Shown: one piece after another, positions 1-12,200 of the stretch
Layout of the letters: each line of letters begins with the position of its first letter
Position numbering within the stretch: position 1 is the stretch's first letter
Assembly: GCF_037042905.1 (NCBI RefSeq)
Contig: NC_087245.1
Coordinates: forward strand, 31,064,001 to 31,128,000
Source of the DNA: Lytechinus pictus
Lineage: Eukaryota
Direction of reading: 5' to 3'
Length of the DNA stretch: 64,000 nucleotides
The notes under the pieces: generated by a model
Database searches by the model: none
Told to the model about the DNA's origin: nothing
What the model saw: the letters and a program-made list of their open reading frames with translations, nothing else
Made by a program: the position numbers and the translations under genes

Positions 1-107
1 GATTTAGAGTCAGCATTGAGGAGAGGTTTTAAACTTGACTTTATATGCTTTAAGCAAAATGTCACGGATCTCTAGCTATCCCCCAAATCTTAGTCAACTC
101 AACTCAC

Positions 108-212
108 CAGCAAGTTTGGCTCCACCATCTGAAGTTGGTTTGTCCCACTTGAGGTCAACGGACTCCCTGCCAACGTCTGATGCAGTTGGAACACCAGGGG
201 CAGAAGGAGGGT
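108..212 (-). CDS. Exon, FN3 N-terminal half (PPSAPGVPTASDVGRESVDLKWDKPTSDGGAKLA)
   Basis: tag acceptor, gtgagt donor, FN3 motif. Confidence 0.9.
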
Positions 213-3200
213 CTAAATGAACAAAAAGGAAAAGAAAAAGAAAATAAATATATTGATACAGTATTTTTTTATGATCCGAGCTGCTTTGATAATGATAATA
301 ATAATATAGTTTACATTTCTATAGCCCCTTATCCATAAGAAACAAAGCTTTTTGAGATGCTATACCTAGTCAGCATAGGAGATCAAAATATAAATGCAAA
401 TCACCAGGCAGTGACAGTATAGTAAGTCCAGGGCAAAAGCAATTTTTGTGTAAGAATGTATAGTTCAAGTCTTATTGCATACAATGAACTAATAATAAAT
501 TTAACATACAAGAAAATGCATGCCATAAGTTCATGAGATTAAATGAGAAAGTAATTTCTAGTGGGGAAAAAATGTCATTCTACTTTCCTTTTTAGATGCT
601 AAATGGCATATAAACAGGTGCAGATCCATCGTTTGCACAAGTTTTACAGTATCTTGAGAAATTTCTTAACAATCTAACAATTTAATCTAAATTTACTCAG
701 GAGCGGCAATGTTGAAAGAAATGCATAGTTCATATTATCTCTGTCATATCCGTAACTTACTATACACAAGCATAAACCACATTTCACTAAGCAATTAATT
801 CATCCCCCTCTAAAAAAAAAAATTTGTTTGCACCACTGCCTTTAGTTTAAACAATTTCAAGGCCACTTACTAATGACAGCTTTGGGTTCAACACCAAGTA
901 GGGTTCGGCTTGGAGAACTCTTTCCAGCCTTGTTCTTAGCAAAGACCCTGAATTCATACTCTGCAGTGTCACGGAGGTTGCTGACTGGAAGGGTTGTCTC
1001 CTTGACGTTGTAGTCATTGACCTGCAGAGGGTGCAAAGTTGAAAAGAATTAGAACTGTTCATGTAGTGATCCAGGATCATGACCATCATCATCATTATCA
1101 CCATCATCAATACCATCATCACCAACACCATCAGTACCACCATTACCACCAATGCCATCATCATCATCATCATCACCATCACCATCATCATCATCATCAC
1201 TACCATTATCTTTACCATCATCAATACCATCATCACCAACACCATCACTAACACTATTACCATCACCGCCATTATTATCATCATCATCGTTATCATCATC
1301 ATCATCACCACCATTATCATCATCATCACCATCATCACTTTGTCACCACCATCACTACCATTATCTATACCATCATCAATACCATCATTACCACCACCAT
1401 CACCACCACCACCATCACCATCATCAACTAGGCCACCATCACCATCACCACCACTGCAATCGCCACCACAACCACCACCACCATACCTTCTCCTCTACTG
1501 ATCACATCTTACCGGTATCCAGTCTCCATCCCTCTCCTTCTTCTCAACGATGTAACCGATGATGGGGGATCCACCATCAGCCTCCGGAGCTGTCCAGGAG
1601 AGCCTGACGAAACCACGATCAACTTCATCAGCAGTGGGCTTGCCTGGAGCTTCAGGTGGGTCTATGATCAACAGTCAAATAAAAGAATTACTATTAAACT
1701 TCTTAAAGACAATTTTACCACCATTTACTACATTTAATTCTTTTAAAAAATCACTTCACATTACTTTATATAGTCTGCATAAGACATAATAGAAATAAAC
1801 CTATTCTCCATTAAGAAACAAATTGCCATGCATAAACGTATAGCCCAATATTCCTGGTAATAAGCAGAACTTTAGATATGATAATTTGACTTCTTTGAAC
1901 TTTCAAATCTAATGCTATAAAAATGCCATTTGTTTATAAAAAAATCTAGTCTTAGTCAGATCGTACAGCGGGCTTTACATGACCACAATAATTGATAAAA
2001 ATATCTAGACAAAAAGTAAACACTTTCACTTGAAATCATGTTACCAAATGGATCTTTGATGGTGACGGGTTGAGATCCCTCTAGAGGCGGACCAACACCG
2101 TACTGATTCTCGGCCATCACACGGAACTTGAGAACAGAGCCCTCATCCAGGTTGACCACGTCGTAGGAGGTGGTCCGGACGTAGGTAGACACCTTGGTCC
2201 ATGCTGACCGTCCTGCAGCCTGCTTCTCGATCACGTAGTTTGTAACGCGGCTGCCTCCGTCGTCCTGTGGCGGTTTCCATGACAGCCTGCAGAAGTCTGC
2301 AGTGACGTCAGTGGCCGCCAGCGGGCCCTCGGGGGCAGACGGTTTGTCTGAGGGGAGGGGAGAAGGATTGGAATAGAACGGTTTGAATAAATGGTTTGTA
2401 CGATGTGTGTTGCATGATACATGAGAAGCCTAATCGTGTTGACAAAGTAATTAATGGTAATCTGTCAAATTATTTATCTATTGATAACTGATTTTTATTT
2501 AAAGTCCACAAAGACGTTTAGCATGTCAAAATCAATATCTTTTTATAACTGACTTTCATTAAAAGACAACAAAGATTACTCTAGGGGTCATTTGGTTGCC
2601 ATGGGTACTGTCTTACCAAGAGATATCTATGAACAAAAATATGATTTTCATTGTTTCAAGTGAAACTGTGCTAGATTTCGATCATGAAAGTTCATCTGTG
2701 TTGGTAAAAGATAACGATTTTGTTGAACTTTGGTTCACAACACAAAAAACAGAAAATAACGAAGAGTTACCTCGAAATTTTCGGCTGCTAACTGCAACCT
2801 TCGTCAGTGATGTGACCCGATTTGACCTTAGTGACGTAATGATTGTAAGTAGTATTGGATCAATTACTTATAACTGTACCAAGCATCTTGCCTACATTCT
2901 GTCACCTTTAGTTGGTCAGACTTGTCACCATGAAACTGATTCTCAATCTTTTGCTGAATGTATTAAGAATGCGCGTGTTGAGGAAGACGAGGAACTGAGA
3001 TCATATGACGTGACAGCTCTTTTCACTTCAGTTCCTATTGACAAGGCCCTGAAGATTATCCAATCCAAACTTCAGAGCGTGAACACTTGGAAAGATAGGA
3101 CTCGCTTATCAGTGGACCACATTGTGAAACTGTTGGATGTTTGCCTGCGATGTACTTATTTTGTTCACAATGGCATATATTATCAGCAGATCCATGGAGC

Positions 3201-6200
3201 AGCGATGGGATCGCCAATTTCCCCCATTGTTTGTAATCTGTACATGGAACATTTTGAACAATTAGCTCTTGAGTCAGCATCTCATCCTCCAATATGGTGG
3301 TTTCGATATGTTGATGATACACACACTAAACTCAAGAAAGAATTCTCGCAGGAATTTACTGATCATCTGAACTTGATTGATCCGGACATTCAATTCACCA
3401 CTGAAGGTGAGGAAGGATGGTCGCTGGCATTTCTTGACACTTTGACGGTTATTCAACCAGACGGCAACTTGGATATCAAAGTTTACCGTAAACCTACGCA
3501 CACCGACCAATACCTGAACTTTTCCTCTAATCACCCACTTGAACATAAGCTTGGTGTGATCAAGACTCTTTTCCATCGAGCGGAAGCGGTTATCACAGAT
3601 CCAGTCACTGTTTCTGATGAAAAAGCGCACGTTAAACGGGCTCTCTCCAAGTGCGGCTATCCTAGTTGGGTCTTCAACAAGATTGATAACTCAGCTAAAG
3701 GAAAGTCTCCGCCTAGAAAGGACAACCCCAAGCCACCCAAAGGACAGATTGTACTTCCGTACGTTAAAGGATTATCGGAAGCCCTTCGTAGGAATTTCAG
3801 TCAATTTGGCATTAGGGTGTGCTACAAACCAACAAGGACCCTTAGACAGTACTTGGTTGCGCCGAAAGATAAGACAGAGAAGAAGGATATCACCGGTCCT
3901 ATTTATTTGATTCCTTGTCAAGGACAGACGACTAAGGGTTTATGTCAGGAATCTTATATAGAAGAAACAGAACGTTCCCTTAGGACAAGATTCCTTAAAC
4001 ATCGACGCCCTAGCTCCACTTCCTCCGAGGTATCTCAGCACATCCACATCGAATCCCCTGGCCATCGTGTTGACATCAACAGGGTACAAGTGCTGGACAG
4101 GGAGCCGCGGTACTTCGAGAGAGGTGTGAAAGAGGCCATCTACATCCAGGCGTTCAGACCTTCTCTCAACAGAGACGGGGGGCGATATCATCGACCATTA
4201 CGTCACTAAGGTCAAATCGGGTCACATCGCTGACGAAGGTTGCAGTTAGCAGCCGAAAATTTCGAGGTAACTCTTCGTTATTTTCTGTTTTTTGTGTTGT
4301 GAACCAAAGTTCAACAAAATCGTTGTGCTAGATTTATTCATTTTCCATTTTTACCATGAGTTTATAGTAGCTTTTAGCCTTAGCATTGAACTCCCTTCAC
4401 CATTGTATTTAAGAATCCTTTCGATATGGTGTAAGTCAAGCTTGAAATAAAATTACATTACTCTCTTAGCGTAGAAAAATTTGAATGTCTGAACAACTCA
4501 CCTACTACAATGATGCGAACAGTGGCTGTGTCGGTTCCCTTCTCATTGTTGAATGTGACTGCGTATGTTCCAGCATCGCCGCGTTCGGCCTCACTATTGA
4601 CCATGATGGTGCTAAGCTCAGTATCCTACACGTTCAAAAGTAAAGTAGGAACACATAAATATGAAAAAAACATTGTAGTGTTATTGATTACCACACCAAT
4701 ATAAAAGGGAAGTAGGATTTTCATCTGTCAAATTCTTTAGCAATGAAAATATTGGACAAGGGTCATGTGTCTTGCATTTATTCATATAATTATCAGTCAC
4801 AAATAATTATGCATTATCAATTGACAGAGGCCAATTTTCTACTTGCTTTCTATATATCATAGCCAAATACACTTAATTAAACTGAACTGAATAAGCCTTT
4901 TTGATTAATTTTCAGCTTATCTCAACTCAATAATGACAACCCCTGTGTCTAATTATCAATAGATACCTGAGCATGACTTATTATTGTGTATTATTTGCCA
5001 ACATATGAATTTTTAAGAAACAGTCTTTTACATTCCAGGTGATGCTCATTGCACGTACTGTGCCTAACTGCTTTGATAACCAACCAAAGTATCAAGTACA
5101 GTAGGATAAAAGATCATTAAAAAATTCCAGGGTTACTATCTGAGATCACTGGCCAAATTTATTAGATTGCATTACAATTTACTTTGGACTTTCCATAGAT
5201 TTTTTTTTATTCCAGAGTTGTTTTTATTTTAATACCCCGGCTAATGCCCAGGTAACAATATCCAAGTTCTTTGCAAGCATACAAAGACATTATAATCATA
5301 ATGTGATACGGGCTATAAGAGAAATGTTTTATATTATTATTATTTTTAATATAGAAATCTTTTGGGTTTCGAGGGCAAAGATACTTTAATACATAGAGAA
5401 GAAAGTGGAATGAACATACAAACACATTGCAGACAAAAAATCTAGGCAAAAAACACATTAACGAAAATAAGAAATTGAGACAAGTGCCAGACCTCGAAGG
5501 TTATCCTACGGGTTGGTTCCACAGTGATGCCATTCTTGTCGCTTCGGGACCACGTGATGTTGGGTGGTGGCGAACTCTCAAAGGAGATCTCCACACGGAA
5601 CTTCTCTCCTGCAACGGCGATGATCTCGCGGTTGCGGCAAGAGGAATCAACCTTGGGCTTGACTAAAAAAAGAAATGGCAATAAATCATTGCTAGAACAC
5701 ACATTTTAAATGACCGATCAACAGAACTAGTAAATAGTACCAGTCATTAGCAAACTTGCCATTTAGCTACAGTAAATGACGGGTTATGTGATACATTTTA
5801 GTCAATCATTAAGAGCCATACCACTATTCTATAAACAGAGGTGTATATTTGCATACATGTACATAAATTGGTCCACATTTCCTGCTCAAATTTAATGGAT
5901 TGTAGAGTGACACTATTATAGGCGTTTTCATGTCGAGATATGTCTATAAAGCATAGTGCTTTCAATACAGATATAAAGATAAAATGAGCAAGATTAGATA
6001 TATAATATTATTATAGGCATTATGGAACAAGCAATTTTTATTTATTTTGCCTATGCTGAAATGAAGAATCGGTGAAGAAAAGATATTTTGTTGGTGGCCT
6101 TAAAATGAACTGTTTTGTTTCTTATATTTTCATTGACCATAACTTAACCAAAGATGAACATTTATTGTGATCATAAATTATGTTGTAAATATATTTGTTT

Positions 6201-9200
6201 TCTATTATTGCTCGTTGACAAGTAGCATCCAATATTATATTATTTGTACTGATCTTTCATATCACCTTTGGATGTTTTTCATGTATATTTATGTTTATGT
6301 ATTTTATGTTATGCAAGGTCCTCCTAGTATAACAGTACAGTATTGTAACTACTGATGGGGCTACCCTGTTAAATAAAGACAAAATAAATAAATTCATACA
6401 GCGTGATGAGGCTCAACTTCTGTTAATAAAGGTGATCAAAGAATTGTTCAACCTTAACGGAAAAAGGCAATATAAGGGGAATATAATCAAATTTCTTATT
6501 GTGAAAGGATGAAAAGTAGGCAGCATTTTATTACCTGGTGGTGGTCTGGCTGTAATGGCATCAGAAGCATCGCTGGGCTTGCCTGGGCCAGCTTCGTTGA
6601 CTGCCTTCACTCGGAACTCATAGCTGGTACCTATACACATTCATCAGATGTAGTTATAGAAATTTGTTGATCCCAATATTATTGACTGATCGATTCATTT
6701 ATCATGTTAAACAAAACACAAAATATCCACATTAAAAAAAAACTGAAAATTGAGGTAATGGCATTACTCCTTGTTAACATGATTATATGGATCTTTTCCC
6801 CTAAGATATTGATGAGAGTAGAGAAATAGCTGGTCTGTAATATTTGATAAGATGAAGACTGGAATGGGGTGCTAATCCATGAATGCAATGGAAAGCGGCA
6901 TAAAAAAATCTTAAAACAGGAACACTATAAATGCTTTGTTTATTAATTAATTATTATATATATTCATGGTTTATTTATTCCAAAAACAATACGCATTTGG
7001 CAGCCAATGGCTGAAAAGAAATGTGTTTACAAATGGTTTACATATATATAAAAAAGAAAATACAAATTAAAAATAGTACATGTATTAGACCTCGTAGACT
7101 TATTATTATCATTAACATCCCCTTTGGTGAAAAGTTGACTTTTGGAGTCAGTTGCTCCTTTTAGAAAGTCTATGGGGAATAAAATAATTCAGCTGTCAAA
7201 GGATGAGAGTAAAGCATTTTATAATACGGCGACACAGATGTCTCTACGCCTGCATCGCCTCCTCATCACATCTGGGTCATTTTTCTCTCTCTGTCCCTAC
7301 AATTCTCTTATACCTTCTGCAAGCTTGAAAGCCGTGAAGCTCGTATCCTTGACCGGTGCCCTTGTGGCCACTGACCAATCGCCGGTATCGGCCTTGCGCT
7401 TCTCGACGATGTAACCGACGATGGGGTCGCCACCGTCGCTCGAAGGCCTCTTCCACTGGATCGAGATCGTGGTCGCGGTCGTTGTGGTCACCTCTGGCTG
7501 TGATGGCATGCCAGGTGGATCTGGAATGAATAAAAGTAAAGAAAACTTTGAAAGCCGCCATTTTCTTTTCTAATTGTCTTTCATTAATAGCTTTGTGTGT
7601 ATACAGACAAAGATTGATCTCGTGGATACACTGCTACACCTCCACTTTTTTATCTTTTCTCACCAGGCAAAAAAAATTATTTTTAATTTTCAGGGGCTAC
7701 TTTCACAACTACCTGAATCTGCAACATTGGTGATGATGGTATTGATGATGGTAAAGATAATGGTAGTGATGATGATGGTGATGGTGATGATGATGATGAT
7801 GATGGTGATGGCAACAAATGGAGATTTTCTATGGCTTCTTTTTTAGTTACCAGGGCTTTTTTGAGCATGTCGGGGGCTAAATCGTCCTCGGCCCTCGTAA
7901 AATTTTTCTGTTTTTCACTACTGCAGCCCCTGCTGAGGCCTGTTTCATAAAACTTGTTATGCAATAACAGTTAAAAGCTACTGAAATTATTGGATTTGAT
8001 TGGCTGATGGTAAACTTGTTATAGAAATTGTGAATTTGCTCCTAGAACACGTCCTTATGAAATGGAACCCAGGTCTTCACTGATAGTTCTACCTTTAAAT
8101 ATGCACCTACTACAATGAAACTTCTTTTCTTGGCTAATAACTACTATTGCTGTTACAACTTCTACCATTCAACGACATTGACCTCATTACTACTATTACT
8201 GCCTCTACCCTAACTTTGTTAACTACTTCTTCTTTGAAGTAACATGCCACTTCTGCTGCTGTTACTTGTACTAATTCTACTATCACTCTTGTACTAAATC
8301 TACTATCACTGTTTCTACTAGTAAATGTAACTCCAGCTGCTATTTGTTCTAAAATCAATGACAGTGACAATCGTGTTCCAATAACACCCAAACACCGAAG
8401 TCCATTTGGGAGCAAATGTAGACATTATTTAGAACATGGTATGCGATGTACAGGAACTGCATATTAATAATAATGATATTCAGTTCTTTTATAGCGCATA
8501 ACACATAGCTACGCATGTCCCTATGCACTTGGATGGAATTGAGGAATATTATTACTACATGTACATGTATTATCTCCCTTTGTGACGCTTTCGATTGCGG
8601 ACTCACCGAACGGATTCTTGGCGACGATGGTCTCGCTCATGATCGGCTTGCTCACACCGTATTGGTTCTCGGCCGACACCCTGAACTGGTACTCTCCCCC
8701 CTCCTTCAAGTTCTTGACCTTGAAGTGCGGGGAGGGCACAAAGCTACTGACTTTACTCCAGGCCCCGGTGTCCGGGTCGCGCTTCTCCACAACATAGTTC
8801 TCTACGTCCTCTGGGCCGTTAACCGGTTGTTTCCAGGACAGCGTGACGCTGTCCGGGGTGATGTCGCTAGCCTGGACCGGGCCCTGGGGTAAGTCAGGCT
8901 CCGCTGTTCGGAAGAGAAGGGGGAAAATGAAAGATCATCATTAAATGAATTAAATTAAATTCTTAATACATGACTTAGTTTTTCTGAATACCTATATCGT
9001 GCACATGCAAATTTGAATTAATGGGAAAATTCTATTGTTACCGTATATTTAATTTCTGGCTTACACCTACAGTAGGATCACAAATTTGATCTGACAAAAG
9101 ATCAATTCTATTGTTGAAGGATTTCAACTCATATGCCTTACATGTACATGTATATATTTTGATTAACTTACAGGAAAGTTTGAGGCATAGCTTTATCAAT

Positions 9201-12200
9201 ATGCCTCTCTTTCATGACAATAGACTGTACCCTACATTTTTTAATTCTCTTTTCAAAGTGTACTGAAAAGTTCTATATACATTTACATGAAGTTTTGACT
9301 GGTTGCCATTACTAAGAATAAAACTAACAACTAAACTACAGGCATAGATAGCCGAAGTCCAAATGGAATTTGCTTATATCTAACATATCAAGGCCAGATA
9401 CAAAACTTGGTAGGCTATGATAGATACAAACAAGAAGAAGAAATTATTTAATCTAGTCATTTGAATTTGCTGCAATAAGCTGTACAAAGTCGATTATTAC
9501 TGCATATCACAAATGGAACATGACACTACCCAGAGTTTAATTTCTCATTACTAACTATACAAGAAATTCAAAGACACTAGGGAATTCTACGTACCAAGAA
9601 CGGTAACTTTGACGCGTGCGGTGTCAGAACCGGAGGCGTTCTTGACGCTGATGGTGTAGCGGCCGGCGTCCTGGCGCTGGGCACTGTCCACGGTCATCTT
9701 GGTGTAGGTCCTGGCGGTCTTGATGATGACACGTCCAGTCTCCTTGACCGGCGAGCTTCCGATCTCCCAGGTGGCAGTGGGGGCCGGGAAGCCGGTCAGG
9801 GGAAGGTTGATCTCAAACTTCTCACCTCCCTTTACCTTGATGTCCTCCAGGTTGCCGATATCGAGCTTGGGACGTTCTGCGAAAGAGAAGTCCCGGGATC
9901 GAACATGGTTAGGCATCTTTTTTAAAAACCTGTGCCATGTCTTTTAGCTGGAAACCTGCTACAAAGGTGGTATGTACGTCTTTTCATTGCAGCTTTTCCA
10001 CATTTCCCCATTACTTTGTTTATCTTGAAATGTAGTGATTGGTAATGAAATGTCGCTTTCAGGATTCCTGCAGGAAAGCTGTGGCCCTGACTTTTGACAG
10101 GATGCCTTATACTGAATCTGGGGAGTGTTTCATCAACATTTTTGTCGGACAAGTTGTCAGATCTGACAACTTTCCTTGATTTTGATTGGCTGAGGAGCAC
10201 AGGTCCAGTGGTAACTGTCGGATAAAACAGGACTTATTGGTTAAAATTTCCAACAAGTCCTTTCATGAAACGCTCCCCTAATTTGTGTTTCTCCTCTGAT
10301 TGACCCCCTCACAATACCAACAAAGGAATGACTGAAGACAATGCCAAAAGTATGTACTGCTGATTGGTCAAGATTCATGAATATTGATGTCACAATATCC
10401 ATCAATGACAAGTCTCAGAATTGTTACCAAAATACACCTTAAACTACTGACAGTACTATGCTATACTTGCTCCAGAGCATATTTGACAAAGCAACTGACA
10501 ATCACTTTTACTAGTAAGATTTTTTATTTTAAACTGTTTGCTGTGCTCTGTACAAGGTAATCTAAGGATTTTAAAGAGATGCTATTAACATGCATTCAAG
10601 TAACGGTCACCACTGATTTTAAATTAAAGTCTTGTCACTTGCGTCTATCTGACTAAATACCAAATCTTCTTTTAAAAGGGTGATTTATAGATCGATCAAG
10701 GAGATGACAAAGACGGCCACTCAGAAATAACTGAAATGATGGAATTAATTGTAAACCTGGCTTATCCTCGATGATGGTTGATGGAGTGGGGGCGCTTGGT
10801 TTGCCTGGGCATTCTTCATTGTTGGCCCTGACACGGAACTCAAGCTCCTCTCCCTCAATGAGGTCTGGGACCTCTGCAGACTCTTCCTTGGGAGACACCT
10901 CAAGACACTGTCAAAGACAAATGAGAATGGCCAATCAGAATCATTGTTGCATGTACACTTGTTCAAAATATTGAACAGGAACCAATCAAAATCATTGCTG
11001 TATGCACATTTTATTCAAAATGTTGACGATGAACCAATCAGAATCAGCATTTCATATTTGCAATCCACCACAAACTATTTTCTTTTACCAGGGCTCAGGT
11101 CACCTACATGTCTCTCAACAATGGTAGGAACATAAACATGTGGTATGGAGATCTTTTTAAAAATTAGAAACTTAGTCACTTGGGAAAAATGGAAAGATAT
11201 GTAAACTGGGTTTTTTGAGCAATCAATATGAGCATTTATGTACTTATGCACATATTTCAATAGGAACGGAACTCTAGTCGAGTCAGATGTGAAATATGGT
11301 GAAATGTGAAAGATTAAAATGGGAAGAAGAAATGATTAAACTGTCTTATCTTGTAGAGACTGCGCAAAATCACTAAAAAGGCTGTCAATGTGCAGACCAT
11401 CATGCAGACCCTGTTACTACACATCTTTAATACTTAAAGTTTATCAGTGTTTTAAACTTGGCAAGGAACACCCTCTCTCTCTCTCTCTAAATACATGTAT
11501 ACAACACCAATAAATGTTGTCATCATGATATTATTCCAATAGTGCTGTGAAACCATGACAAGGTGAAATCAACTTCTGAGGAGTCACAGCTCTAGAATGA
11601 TCTGCGTAGCATTCCTTGCAGAAAGCATGATAGCAACATGCACACAGAAGTACCTTAGCAATAACCTCTGCAATGAATTAGGAACTAGGAAGATATGTTA
11701 ATGTCAAGTCCATCTTCAGTCTTAAGTTAGGTCTACTTACTGGAGCCCAATCTCCCTTGGGACCTGGTCCAGTCTTCCTCTTCTCGATGGTGTATCCCTT
11801 GATAGGTGCTCCACCGTCAGACACGGGCTTGGACCAGGAGATGGTTGCGGAATCCTTGGTCACCTTCTCCAGGGTTGGTCTTCCTGGAGCGTCGGCAGGA
11901 ACTGGTGAAGAAACAGGGATGGAGAAGAGTTTTAGGAAACTTGACAAAAAAGTCTGTAGTGCGTCAAATCACAGGAATTCTGCTATAAAGGTGCTATGCA
12001 TCTTTCCTGCATTCTCCAAAACCTGATGTGAGGATGGGCAATGGATAGCTGCTTGCAGGATTCCTGTGGGATTCCTGCAGGTAAGACATGACCCTGACAT
12101 TTGTCAAAGTGCCTTATCGAGGCACTGAATCTTCAAATCATGGAGTTGTTGTCACCTTTCATCAAGGGAAATACTTCATGTTAGAGTAAATTATGCATAA

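Larger units (their letters stand above)
2679..4323 (+). mobile_element. Penelope-like retroelement, 5'-truncated with inverted pLTR; 12-bp TSD tgtgctagattt (2667-2678 / 4324-4335)
   Basis: RT + GIY-YIG ORF; 129-bp inverted repeat 2713-2841 / 4196-4324 (one mismatch seen); flanking direct repeat. Confidence 0.93.

Noticed and set aside
847..1562. Poly-His, -Ile, -Ser and -Met ORFs in several frames
   Set aside because: Translations of an intronic trinucleotide microsatellite
2596..2841. N-terminus of the 537-aa ORF as a genuine protein start or domesticated gene
   Set aside because: Made of host flank, TSD and the antisense pLTR; RT similarity begins only after about 2842
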